Below are positions 24,801-31,047 of a stretch of DNA of 64,000 bases, piece by piece. Every line of letters starts with the position of its first letter. Position 1 is the first letter of the stretch. A program made the translations under genes and the position numbers. The notes beneath the pieces were generated by a model. It made no database searches and had not been told where the DNA came from. It saw only the letters and a program-made list of their open reading frames with translations. Source of the stretch: a virus; IMG/VR virus record IMGVR_UViG_3300032332_001463, positions 370-64,369 of that record; one strand, written 5' to 3'.

Positions 24801-25001
24801 ATTTGTTCTATCTGCTGTGGATTCGGGGATATAATTATCACGAAATTGATAGGTTGGTGCAAACTTGCGACCAACATAGCCATTGAATCTAACAAGATTG
24901 GGTTCAGATACCAATTGGTCCAGTGTGGCCGAAAGGAACTTCTTATTGGTGTCTGATTGAAATATTTCGGGTAGAAATTGTAACGTTCTGCTGGTGGCCA
25001 T
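12864..25001 (-). CDS. giant 4045-aa virion/baseplate protein (positional gp7-like) with FG-GAP-like propeller repeats
   Basis: Uninterrupted 12.1-kb ORF directly downstream of gp6; repeated FGxSVxI...VGAP motifs; two W..Y..G..V.Y modules; GSGYTAPP motif. Confidence 0.7.
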   Translation of the reverse strand: MATSRTLQFLPEIFQSDTNKKFLSATLDQLVSEPNLVRFNGYVGRKFAPTYQFRDNYIPESTADRTNYQLEPSVITKAVNGSIDQYSGYTDLINKLKYYNAETSNHDRLFQSEMYTYDGLFDFDKFINYSQYYWLPNGVDPVVITSTVVSSQQTFILSADVNTNLINIEKQAGNNPELTIVRGGLYKFYTNRPGARIWIQTEPGVTGFKRAQPAVSTRDVLGVSNNGTDHGTIEFSVPLDTAQDNFLTMPIIGSVDYATTQSIDDIRGHRFSSLPAGIDGSITGPNYKTIIFLSSNDTTIYRIQLVTNGDDTDFIQLEVVRTIPVDTRVYIRSGETNIGTEFYNNAGRLEQIPPLTSNLDRLYYQDESNPNAHGIIDLVNNAVKSINVDEDILGRATYTSPTGVVFTNGLMIKFDNSVAPAKYADVVYVIEGVGRSIRLVKFDDLAFPEPGLAEAGQVPWDHVPYASGNWDEPFKGPPAPDYVVCNRGSLDLNAWARQNRWFHGDVITAAAAYNNTIATFEQATRAQRPIIEFEPSIQLFNNGRVGKSPADIVDTTTLDAFGDLRTRSVDFVNQGLTYTLNFTPDATDTVTVTAGGVLVPPSQYSIFGKVLTLASHQMGFDIRVEARSRRDAVQHSRSLTVNGTEFKEGQRVLFAASLDPLVRTQIYRVQYALQDNSAKESYYDGKGLGQISIEPSTINFASVSDPVKNSLDTDPTAATRYTWEVLGSPKILTAVEVAGLDYPGSGAVGQITQIDDLGSRHYLIHFTTPYTPTEFNNFDVRLLASTGSNYVFGINTAFTTDLKVGGAVYDLDGKYLGTVAFIINNTKLRLAAEAAEPVINAEFYYRDPRIQLIVSDDPDDVLVEYDTVVSVSGPNQGVTFWYDGTAWQRGQQKRGINQPPKFDVFDMQGRSLSDVAYPSSKFAGTNIFSYRTGSGTADTVLGFPLAYRNFNSIADILFNNNFDLDQFEYLVNGAFVTRNINLGYLRENKSHTDFTQRSAWTTCSEPSKQYQIINTIAAGDTNYFAIDILPDAATTVPTLKVYVNNVLLDISAYEIVKIGAVNTVYIKSLVAAGDNIDILIYNRKEISSVGYYQIPDNLNYNSKNVNVTAMSLGQIRNHVTLTGQNSLDLTGQLPGDSNLRDIDIKHSGGNILQSAAPTIYASLFLISKQVNFINGIDYARSEYTKFKNKFLETAVNLPGLNFNDPSSAVDKILETVNAAKNPSFPWYISDMVPYGIYTSTHYSVINPRDRQFKIDSIFDITQLQSRAVLVYNGKQLLTHGVDYEFSTNRPSIIINDTVYLITGSVIEIREYNTDGNYIPETPTKLGLYPKFIPKLYIDDTYINPVQVIRGHDGSITPAFGDFRDLFLLELETRIYNNIKVDHDRLAVDVRDYVPGRFRSTDYSLSEFNNIIQAALLKWAGTNQVDIASNSYFNSGDPFSYNYKNSTDVVYDQPLPGYWRGIYQYFFDTDRPHMCPWEMLGFVDEPAWWTSTYGPAPYTSENQLLWADLAAGTVRQGARAGTYSRYARPGLASIIPVDDHGDLLPPLGKIAKQFNSSRMADDFAVGDGGPAETAWRRSSEYPFALQQAIALMKPAMYFAELFDTNAYGKNTLLNQYQMSSTGGRVTPAGITIPGETVNDSVTRTAGYINYISDYLISLGISAPTKIRTLLENFDIQLAYRVAGFTDRKYLTALADQYSPTSINESIIIPDQNYQVHLNKSVPTDRVVYSAVIVKKTGTGYTVTGYDTASPYFTIIPSNTGGESYAISVQTVSATIYKSYQLSKLTVPYGYEFTSRQQLVDFLVSYQRFLNSQGFIFDQYSQDLGAVQDWVVSAREFLTWTLQGWKTGSMLILSPCNSKLNLISELSVVDEVTNEPLGSKILDPNFSVIKKNNLVILRQAGNFTIQTADAQTIAYAELDLVQFEHVLVFDNNTIFNDVIYLPESGSRQYRIKLVGNKTNDWDGSLSAPGFIYNSSTVDEWRSGKDYLKGDIVLHKNAYYVALIDLIASSTFSVSEWRSIDKTSIKTGLLPNFATNAAKSIAAYDVDAGNIDEQTQQFSSGLIGFRSRNYLNDLGVTTASQIKFYQGFIKEKGTRNSINALKNTSFNNLQNNISYFEEWGFRVGEYGAQNSNQTVEIQLNDSWALTSQLGITIVDNNDQLAIPGMVSVKDKNLYSRPFQPGPVRFINRDAESSRVNDIQTAGYINLDDVDATVFDSESYSSLSANLDNVNSGYTIWIAKSANRDWDIYRVNETDNTVTSVAYSLDLSATVTTKNAHGFAIGDTVIIKQFDSKIDGFHIVTGISSDSRAFTVATTAEITKLLRTAPLTGTGVLMALHSLRFKSPKDIADATPLHTWKDGDLTWIDSDSQGRWAVYKKQSPWQLTDTVELKNYQHGANFLYGTSVRINPIGDMMVVGSPGEFGHRGTLHVFNNDETKKEIPVLSITNINVAALGHSVDFTSLHIIAGAPNSNNKTGTVLIYSQVSDAYVRPIQYITAPDATPSARFGHSISASRDGRWLYVGSPGADRVYTYQLRPYEFKTKVFSATPGVSHYAVPYDLTDVNSIAVYYKDALLQLGTDYTVLNHTVILNHNSVYANDLVPELSTPGFNDFLVITQRSYYAYTSTVQGTLGSAFGSSVKTENTGKVLVVGALDATINQVLYAGAAYVYKNIGAGPVLLQELTADYPTYRGRVGVSVEISPDASSVYVGAPGYSYLGYNGGVVFRFVNSNSDSDMFQLTQKIVKPLTSSQGDRFGSRLRIANNSETLLITGLNGSSIQYAYLDIKTTTFDSDATRFIDYAMGTGVVYSYDYLSSTAADTDQFGTFGFSQEFTAPYLITGDQFGAGIDFNSDTMLIGSALHDDVFLPHGNNSGQVYRFKNATGGKGWTLLRHQMPTVDVAGITGVHLYNRVNRETLTPLDYIDPIKGKILGVAEAAIDYKSSRDPASYNAGTTVDQTLSDDYHWNSAQVGKTWWNLDTARFIDYEQQDLNYRLKNWGKLFPGSTISVYEWISSIVLPSRYSSLYKGTPLHPDDSAYVMINGADPTTGIITTTYYYWVRDISTVPQTGDRTLSVLAIEGLISDPKAQNIPYAAILSDNSIGLINCQDYISANTTVLQVNYETVMNNNIMHNEFELVQEGNGAFPFPPRIVNKLVDSLSGTDSAGRSVPDIKLPRAQQIGLSVRPCQTLVLNRNAAIRNMVQYANSVFTTTTAATKLQNTRKFVSADWFCADPEPAHSEYDYRVDNLDQLAYVNKHDTNGNLLAGLRVLVGYDADYFDIWTIRVLDIDGNYQLVRNQTYDTTQLWGFDTWYSSNYSIGTVPSYVVAEYKDIEKLNIQYGDTVKVLNDSARGFEIYQFAAVDAAVLVAVERGTLKLNDLIWDTSINGVGFDNAAFDATTFDKDYSQETRNILTGLEKNIFVDDLLDNYNRLMFVAIEYILSEQKTVDWAFKTSFINVLHKIRELQQYPVYIKDNTTYYRQYIDEVKPYRTKIREYKIAYNGVDVANTALSDFDLPAYYDSALGRFRSPSGEYPAIDGPLYSSAAYRDWNDNFLNQIENIVLVNKGSGYTAPPKVTVIDSAGVGTGVVAVATINELLGRVEQIDIVNPGRYFRGEPVVIIQGNGTGSTAYAVLANHKIRSIKTLLKFDRVTYETDITEWLPNTQYKEGARVSYQGVGYVAQSAVPSTSLFNYSLFAEISDKEYTTALDRIAARYRPNRYQVPREFDSNTGIIDVSRIVPNPSLANSVDNTVDVTKDTFVLSPPNYDDVTGTANTDVNITGGNIAENAINSIPEELVPGITFDTLDMTVITNLNHNDPTDATDRAAYRLFKDNKDNTDFYAVAGATKTYLSADLHYDDKVIHVTGIGPIIRTGLPTAILINGEKIVVNRVDSVTNQLSGLVRGNGGTPTPAVHSSGSTVESLDKSLKITAAADTQTTTYKFNKSKPNFATTFVVDETLDTVKNQFALYIGPNQLMMDTGNSLLGKTKFGTGNTPNDYRLSLGAAGHVIVTFTQSAIDRITNGVSIKAVYTRYAQFQEGMLADSMSSISIFLKNNPYY

Positions 25002-25004
25002 ATA

Positions 25005-28000
25005 TTAATTTAGTCCCATGTTGAGTTGGGATGCAGATATTGATGTGATGATTTCCACATTTTCAACTGTGGCCGCACTGATGATGATTTCATAGGGATC
25101 GGCATTGATTTGATATAAATTTCCAAAGCTGACATTGGCATTTGCTGGCACTATCACGATGGACGCGATATTTGGTGTCAGGACTTGGTGCAGGTACGCG
25201 CTCAACTCACTGAAATAGAATGTTTCTCCAAAGTCCCAGTTGCTGATATCAAAATAATTATTGATAGCATTGATAACACTGGATTTGATATCGTTGTCGC
25301 TGGTGGCAATGGATGGATTTTTTACCACTTTGAATATTGCCTGCAGACTGCTGTCGGCTTTCTTACCAAATATTGGTTTAAAAATTGCGCTGTTAAAAAT
25401 GATAGTGTCGCTGATACTGCGTTGATCGTTTAACGAATCAAAGCTGGACGATAATTCTTGTGTGGTCGGAGCTCGTGGCCGGGTGACTTTGTTACTGGTA
25501 TCTTGTATCCAATTTTTGTAATCAGTCCAGTATGCCGATGTCAATAGATAGAGATCATTGATATTACTGCTGCTAGGATCAATCCTTCTATTGCTGGGAC
25601 TGTTGTGCCGGTATTGGAATGATAGACCTTGGCGCCCAACACGTGCCACATAATCGGTGCGAACGTCCAACATCATGGCATCGTTCAATTGATAGAATAC
25701 CATGTCAGTGGTGGCATAAAAAACTTGTCCGGGCTGGAACATGCTGACATTTGCCTGTATGTTGGCCAGTGTGGCATACCTACTGAATACAAACTTGGTG
25801 TCAACTGCAACAGTGTCTTGGAATCTATCGTACCCAGGCACCACCCGGAAGTAGACAAATTTAGCAGTGGGATTCACAGTGGGTGCCACAATGGACTCAA
25901 ACAAGCCAGGGTCGGTTGGTATGTTGTCACCGTTTTCGTCTTGATAAGTTACTAGTATTTTATCTCTGCTGGAGAATCCATCACTGCCGATAACGGGCTT
26001 GTCGATGTACCAAGTAAAATCATGTCCCAGTGGAGCAGCACTGTCTGCTTGCTGATTAACTTTTAGCACTGTGATTTGATCATGTAACACTGTGCCAGTT
26101 TTTGTATCGTATACTTTATTTTTCTTATCAAAAAAGAATGTGGTTTCTCCGGCGCTCTGGAACACATACTCTAATCCACGATGGTATATGGTATAGGCAT
26201 TGTCAGAAAATCTAGCCTTGATCACCCAACTGTCGTCTAAGCCGGTGGCGCTGGTATCGCCTTGATGAGCTAGATCAAAGTCACCACTGCCAAGATTTTC
26301 TTCGGCAATCACTGCCCAATACTGTTTTACGCTGTCATACCGAATACCAAATGTTTTGAATCCCTGCATCAGGGCCACAACAGAGTTGGTAAAAGTACTG
26401 GTGAAATTGTTTTTGAATATTGGATATACTGCACCCACTAGACAACCGGTGGGAATCCTGATATTCAGTGTCACTGGACCAATACCTGAGGTAAAGTTAC
26501 CCAGGCCGTTGTTGGTACCATCTCCAAATACTTCACTGATACCGGCATAGACAAACAGGTGATCTGTGGTCAACTGTGGTATGCCGGGCAATAGGTTATT
26601 GTTGACATCAAGGTAGTAGCCGGTGGGAGCATCAAATCTAATGATAGCACCTTTTCTTATATACCCAGCTGGGTCGCCGCCGACTCGACCAGCAATGGGC
26701 AAGGGTTTTAAATTTCTTGTAAAGTATCCAGTGGCACTGTTTGATCCTGTGGTACTCAGTTTCCATTTGCAATTGGGCACTGCATATGCGGGATAGTTTG
26801 CATAGTACATGTGCATCATTTCTGTGGATGCAATAATTTCGGCCACCAGCTGTTGATTGATCATGTTGACAATGTCAGCATTGGAAAACAACATGGATTT
26901 AAAATTGCGCACAAACGGATTTGCGTAGACTATGCCGTCAGTGGCAACAACATTGGTGCTTGAGAACTTACCTGTGGTATCCAGTGTGTCCAAGAACCTG
27001 CTCAGTCCCGAGCTGGTACGATTAATACTTTTGACCTTGATGATATTGGTAAAGCTAGTGAAAGGAACTATGTTGTAGTCCTCGCCTGTTATCATGCGAT
27101 TTTGTGTATAGTATGTTTGCGGCGCACGTTGGCGTATCTGTTCCAGTGTTTCGCGACTGGTTGCATTGGCTACTGAATACTGCAAGCTGGCACGTATGGT
27201 CAGCGTTTCTGCTCTACCGGTTCGGCTCACGTACTGCATGGGCACTGTGATGTTTTGCATTTCATCAGGTGTAATCTTATAGCTTAGACCTGTGCCGCTG
27301 CGATAGTAAATTCTAAAGTTGCCTTGCGGAATATTGGCAAAGCTGCCGTCGCCAAATACCAGATCAATTTGATCTCCCACACGGCTATTGACTTGATATA
27401 GATTGCGCTGAGATTGTTTTGTATAGATCACGTTTACCCCGGCCACAGCCGGTACACTGTTCCATAGGTTATTCAACTCACCGGTACTGTTTAAATCGTA
27501 GACCCATACGTCGGTATTATTAACATTGCCATTGGCAAAACTCTGCACCCGGTTGGGGATTGCTGTGCCAAATGCAAAATCTTGCATGGCCAGCGTACCT
27601 TGTTTGAAATAAACAAAAAATCCAGTGTCGTTTGACCCGTTGCCGTAATTGTCATTGCGGTACAAGATATTGAAAAAATTCTTATTTTTTGGTGGTGCTT
27701 CGTAAATGTAGCTTTTGCCCAGGCTAGTAGCACTGACAGCCTCAAAAGTCATGTTCATACTCTCAATTGGCTGCTCAAATTGAAATACATTCATTGCTGT
27801 TGGTATTACATTGACACTGTACTCTTCTGTACGAACGCCATCGATTGTTTGTGTATTACCCGGCTTGCCAATGACTTGACTGGTTGATAGGGCAGCGTTC
27901 AGCACTGAGTTAAATTGCTCTAGCCAGCTGGCGTTGGTACCGTCATTCCAGTTTATAACTGCTCCGGTGAGATTGAGACCATTGCTGTCATACACTGATT

Positions 28001-28379
28001 CGGTTGTGCTCACGCTGTCAATTTTAAGTAGGCCGCTGGCTGATATATTGCGCTTGGGATTGTAGCTGACCAAGCGTGCCAGTTTGAGTATGCTGTCCCT
28101 GCGTTCGGCTGTGTCTATGTAGTTTTCGCGAGCGTTGAGATCTGTTCTAAACGCTAGGCTTTGTCCCAAGAATGCTATCAAGTCAATCAATGCAACAAAT
28201 TCACTGCTTTCGGTGAAGTCGTTAAAGTCCTCAGGATAATAGGTCCTGAGGTAATCAATCATGCTCTTGCGCAGAGTCTCAAAGTCGTAACTAGTAAAGT
28301 CTGCTTCTTGGAAGGTTTGATAGATTTTCTTCCAATTTTCAGCTACTAATAAACTATTTTGTCTTGTGTTGATTGCCAT
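25005..28379 (-). CDS. gp6: baseplate wedge subunit (T4 gp6-like)
   Basis: YDFETLR..YYPEDFNDF.ESSE, TAERRDSILKLARLVSYNPKR, FGDG, QNRMITGEDY; next to gp25. Confidence 0.85.
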   Translation of the reverse strand: MAINTRQNSLLVAENWKKIYQTFQEADFTSYDFETLRKSMIDYLRTYYPEDFNDFTESSEFVALIDLIAFLGQSLAFRTDLNARENYIDTAERRDSILKLARLVSYNPKRNISASGLLKIDSVSTTESVYDSNGLNLTGAVINWNDGTNASWLEQFNSVLNAALSTSQVIGKPGNTQTIDGVRTEEYSVNVIPTAMNVFQFEQPIESMNMTFEAVSATSLGKSYIYEAPPKNKNFFNILYRNDNYGNGSNDTGFFVYFKQGTLAMQDFAFGTAIPNRVQSFANGNVNNTDVWVYDLNSTGELNNLWNSVPAVAGVNVIYTKQSQRNLYQVNSRVGDQIDLVFGDGSFANIPQGNFRIYYRSGTGLSYKITPDEMQNITVPMQYVSRTGRAETLTIRASLQYSVANATSRETLEQIRQRAPQTYYTQNRMITGEDYNIVPFTSFTNIIKVKSINRTSSGLSRFLDTLDTTGKFSSTNVVATDGIVYANPFVRNFKSMLFSNADIVNMINQQLVAEIIASTEMMHMYYANYPAYAVPNCKWKLSTTGSNSATGYFTRNLKPLPIAGRVGGDPAGYIRKGAIIRFDAPTGYYLDVNNNLLPGIPQLTTDHLFVYAGISEVFGDGTNNGLGNFTSGIGPVTLNIRIPTGCLVGAVYPIFKNNFTSTFTNSVVALMQGFKTFGIRYDSVKQYWAVIAEENLGSGDFDLAHQGDTSATGLDDSWVIKARFSDNAYTIYHRGLEYVFQSAGETTFFFDKKNKVYDTKTGTVLHDQITVLKVNQQADSAAPLGHDFTWYIDKPVIGSDGFSSRDKILVTYQDENGDNIPTDPGLFESIVAPTVNPTAKFVYFRVVPGYDRFQDTVAVDTKFVFSRYATLANIQANVSMFQPGQVFYATTDMVFYQLNDAMMLDVRTDYVARVGRQGLSFQYRHNSPSNRRIDPSSSNINDLYLLTSAYWTDYKNWIQDTSNKVTRPRAPTTQELSSSFDSLNDQRSISDTIIFNSAIFKPIFGKKADSSLQAIFKVVKNPSIATSDNDIKSSVINAINNYFDISNWDFGETFYFSELSAYLHQVLTPNIASIVIVPANANVSFGNLYQINADPYEIIISAATVENVEIITSISASQLNMGLN

Positions 28380-28424
28380 TCTAAGTCCAGTATCTAATAT
28401 TTATGGTGCGTATAATACACACAG

Positions 28425-28802
28425 TTAATTGGACCTAGTGGCTGAATTGGTGCCTTGATTAAAGCTAATAAACATCTGCTCGGTCTGATTTGTGGGAATG
28501 TATGTCAGTTCCAAGGCCAATTGTATTCCATATTCGTACTGGGTCACAGTGACTTCTGCCAATGCCAATCTTGGATCATACTGGGCTATGCGTTTTATAT
28601 CATCGACAATTTGCTGTTTAGTTTCCGAAGTGAACGGGTCAAACAACACATCCCATATTATGGTGCCAAACCCAGGGTTCATTAGCTTTTCCCCTTTGCG
28701 GATGTTAAAGATATTAAAGAGATCCTGTTTGGCCAATTCAAAATCGGTCAGCCGAAACTTTTTAAATCTATTATAGGTACTGAATCCGCGGTAAGTGCTC
28801 AT
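28425..28802 (-). CDS. gp25: baseplate wedge subunit (gp25-like)
   Basis: Likely start MSTYRGFST at 28802; DLFNIFNIRKGEKLMNPGFGTIIWDVLFDP, YDPRL. Confidence 0.88.
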   Translation of the reverse strand: MSTYRGFSTYNRFKKFRLTDFELAKQDLFNIFNIRKGEKLMNPGFGTIIWDVLFDPFTSETKQQIVDDIKRIAQYDPRLALAEVTVTQYEYGIQLALELTYIPTNQTEQMFISFNQGTNSATRSN

Positions 28803-28815
28803 AATGTATTTAACC

Positions 28816-31047
28816 TTATGCTGTTTTAGGTGCAGCCAGCACATCCACAGCATAGCGTCCCATGTTAAAGTAGGTGGTACCTGTGGTGCCGTTGGCATCT
28901 GATCCGCCTCCGGTGCTGCGCCATGTTTTAGATCCACCTGCCCCTAATAGGTGTGCAGCAGCCAATGCTCCTGCTACTGTACACTGATCGTCACCGGATT
29001 TGATGCCACCGGTGCGATTCAATTGGTTATAGTTTGCCTGTAAAAGATTGTACATGGCTTTTTCTTGGAAGGCACCATTTTTCAAGAATGCCTGCTTGGA
29101 ATCAATACCTTCGTTTTGTGCCTTGGTGGTCCAGCTGCTGGGATTGTCAAGACACTTATTACCGGCTAGTTTAAATGCATCCGGTTTAACATAACCTTGA
29201 TCTACTAGGGCTGCGGCGCCAATTTGGTATTTGCCCATAAAGTTGTATTGATTTACTGATGTATAATTGAAGCTGCTCTCATTCCAGCCCAACTGTGTCA
29301 TCAAGGCCTTGGTCTGCGTCTGCGTTAGCGGCCCAACCCCGCCCGGTGGGTTTGGGTTATCTGCCCTATTGATATAAGACTTATTGACTGGGTTTTTTAC
29401 TCCTGCATTTGCAGCAGCCACTGGTCCTGGGTCCGTTGGTTTGGATCCGCCCTTGCATTCTACCACCGGTAGATTTTTTGCAGGTGGTGCACCTGATGTT
29501 ACGCCTGCGCCCGGCACCTGTGGTATCACAGATCCGGCTCCGGTAGCTGCGGTACCGCCACCCACCGTGCCACCAGCTCCACCAGCCGGAACTTGATCTG
29601 GGGGAGGTTTCCTATAGGGATCCGATGTACTGACAGTGTAACCAGCCAATACAGTTTCCATGTGCAACTTCCACGGTTCGTGTGTGGGTGCTATTGGTAC
29701 TATGGTAGATAGTGCCCCATCAACACTTTTCCAGATATTGCCTTCTTGGCCAGTGTCGGGTAATTTATTTGGAGTTATTTCGTCGGGTCGCCGTATGCCA
29801 ACTGCACCACCTTCGTTTAACGTCAGCTGAGTGCCGGTTAGATACAGCCCGGTGGTCCCATTGAATGTGCCGGTACCGGTTGCATTCAAGTTCAGTGCTC
29901 CACTGCTGCCGATACCAACTGTGCTGCCAAACATGGTGAGTGTTTGTCCTGCATTGATGTTCATGTCAGTGGCCTGTAGATTAAATGCTTTTCCAGCACT
30001 GATGTTTAGGTTGTTTCCTGCATTGATATTGATGTCGTTGTCGGCATGTAGATTTATATCTTGTTGTGCTCGTACATTTACACTGCTGGTAGTATAGATA
30101 TTCATGTGGCCCGGGCCAGTCAGTTCGATCCAGGCGCTGCCATCACTGTTGCCAATGTATAAGATATGCTCACTGTCGTTCATCAGAATCTGATGTCCAC
30201 CGCTGGTGCGCAAACGAATCAATCGGTCTTTATCTTGCCAATTGCCGTCGTCCATGACAAATTGGTGCCCACCTTTTCTGCCACGTATGGCATAGTCTTT
30301 TGCGTATAGTGTGCCCTGTTCAATGTCTGCCAGCAATGCCGGTGTCACTTCGGGATCTTTGATGGGACGACCTGGTGTGCTGACACCAAACACCGCACTG
30401 GGCATTTCGCGCTGGCTGCTGCTGGATATTATTCCGCGAACATAGTCTTCATGCAGTCCTTGAGCAATCAATACCTTGACATGCTCTTCATGAATGGGTT
30501 TTTTAAGATTAACGAAATTGGCCCAGTCAACATCTTGATTTTCATTGAACTCAGCAACCACAGTGTCATTGGGGCTCTTGGGATACACCGATGCCACAAT
30601 TGGGTCATCAATTTTACTGGTATCAACTTTTGGACTTCCGGCCATACCGGGTACCATGTGATGCCCTATCATGTTTGGCACACAGGCAAACCAAAAACCG
30701 CGGTTGGGATCTCCAGCAACAAACGTACACAACACAAAGTTATCTATGTCGGGCGGCACCATCCAAAAACCATAGGTATGTCGCACTTTCTGGAATGCAT
30801 TTTGCTGATTATCGTCTTGCCATGTACTGCCAAAAAATGGACTAGCGTAGCTGACTGTGCGCCAGTTTTCTACTTTTTCCTCTTGACCAGCGCCTAGATC
30901 TGGGATCCATACCTGCAGTCGACCTGACCTAGTGGGGTCAAGATTGTTTTTTACCTTGGCCAGGAACGGACCTGGATCCAATCGCAATGACGATTCTTCC
31001 CGGCGAAAATGATTTGGTGGTTTATTACCTACTCTACGATCTCTCAT
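28816..31047 (-). CDS. gp5: baseplate hub/spike protein (gp5/VgrG-like) with C-terminal lysozyme-like domain
   Basis: DPTRSGRLQVWIP OB-fold, YGFWMVPPD, GHQFVMDD, beta-helix repeats (INLHA/ININA/LNISA), PTHEPW, then ESSFNY..N..GKYQIG..AAHLLG. Confidence 0.8.
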   Translation of the reverse strand: MRDRRVGNKPPNHFRREESSLRLDPGPFLAKVKNNLDPTRSGRLQVWIPDLGAGQEEKVENWRTVSYASPFFGSTWQDDNQQNAFQKVRHTYGFWMVPPDIDNFVLCTFVAGDPNRGFWFACVPNMIGHHMVPGMAGSPKVDTSKIDDPIVASVYPKSPNDTVVAEFNENQDVDWANFVNLKKPIHEEHVKVLIAQGLHEDYVRGIISSSSQREMPSAVFGVSTPGRPIKDPEVTPALLADIEQGTLYAKDYAIRGRKGGHQFVMDDGNWQDKDRLIRLRTSGGHQILMNDSEHILYIGNSDGSAWIELTGPGHMNIYTTSSVNVRAQQDINLHADNDININAGNNLNISAGKAFNLQATDMNINAGQTLTMFGSTVGIGSSGALNLNATGTGTFNGTTGLYLTGTQLTLNEGGAVGIRRPDEITPNKLPDTGQEGNIWKSVDGALSTIVPIAPTHEPWKLHMETVLAGYTVSTSDPYRKPPPDQVPAGGAGGTVGGGTAATGAGSVIPQVPGAGVTSGAPPAKNLPVVECKGGSKPTDPGPVAAANAGVKNPVNKSYINRADNPNPPGGVGPLTQTQTKALMTQLGWNESSFNYTSVNQYNFMGKYQIGAAALVDQGYVKPDAFKLAGNKCLDNPSSWTTKAQNEGIDSKQAFLKNGAFQEKAMYNLLQANYNQLNRTGGIKSGDDQCTVAGALAAAHLLGAGGSKTWRSTGGGSDANGTTGTTYFNMGRYAVDVLAAPKTA

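Noticed and set aside
28398-28414. GTGCGTATA / TATACGCAC 9-mer next to two late promoters (also 40458-66)
   Set aside because: Only two copies, in opposite orientation relative to the promoter; could be chance
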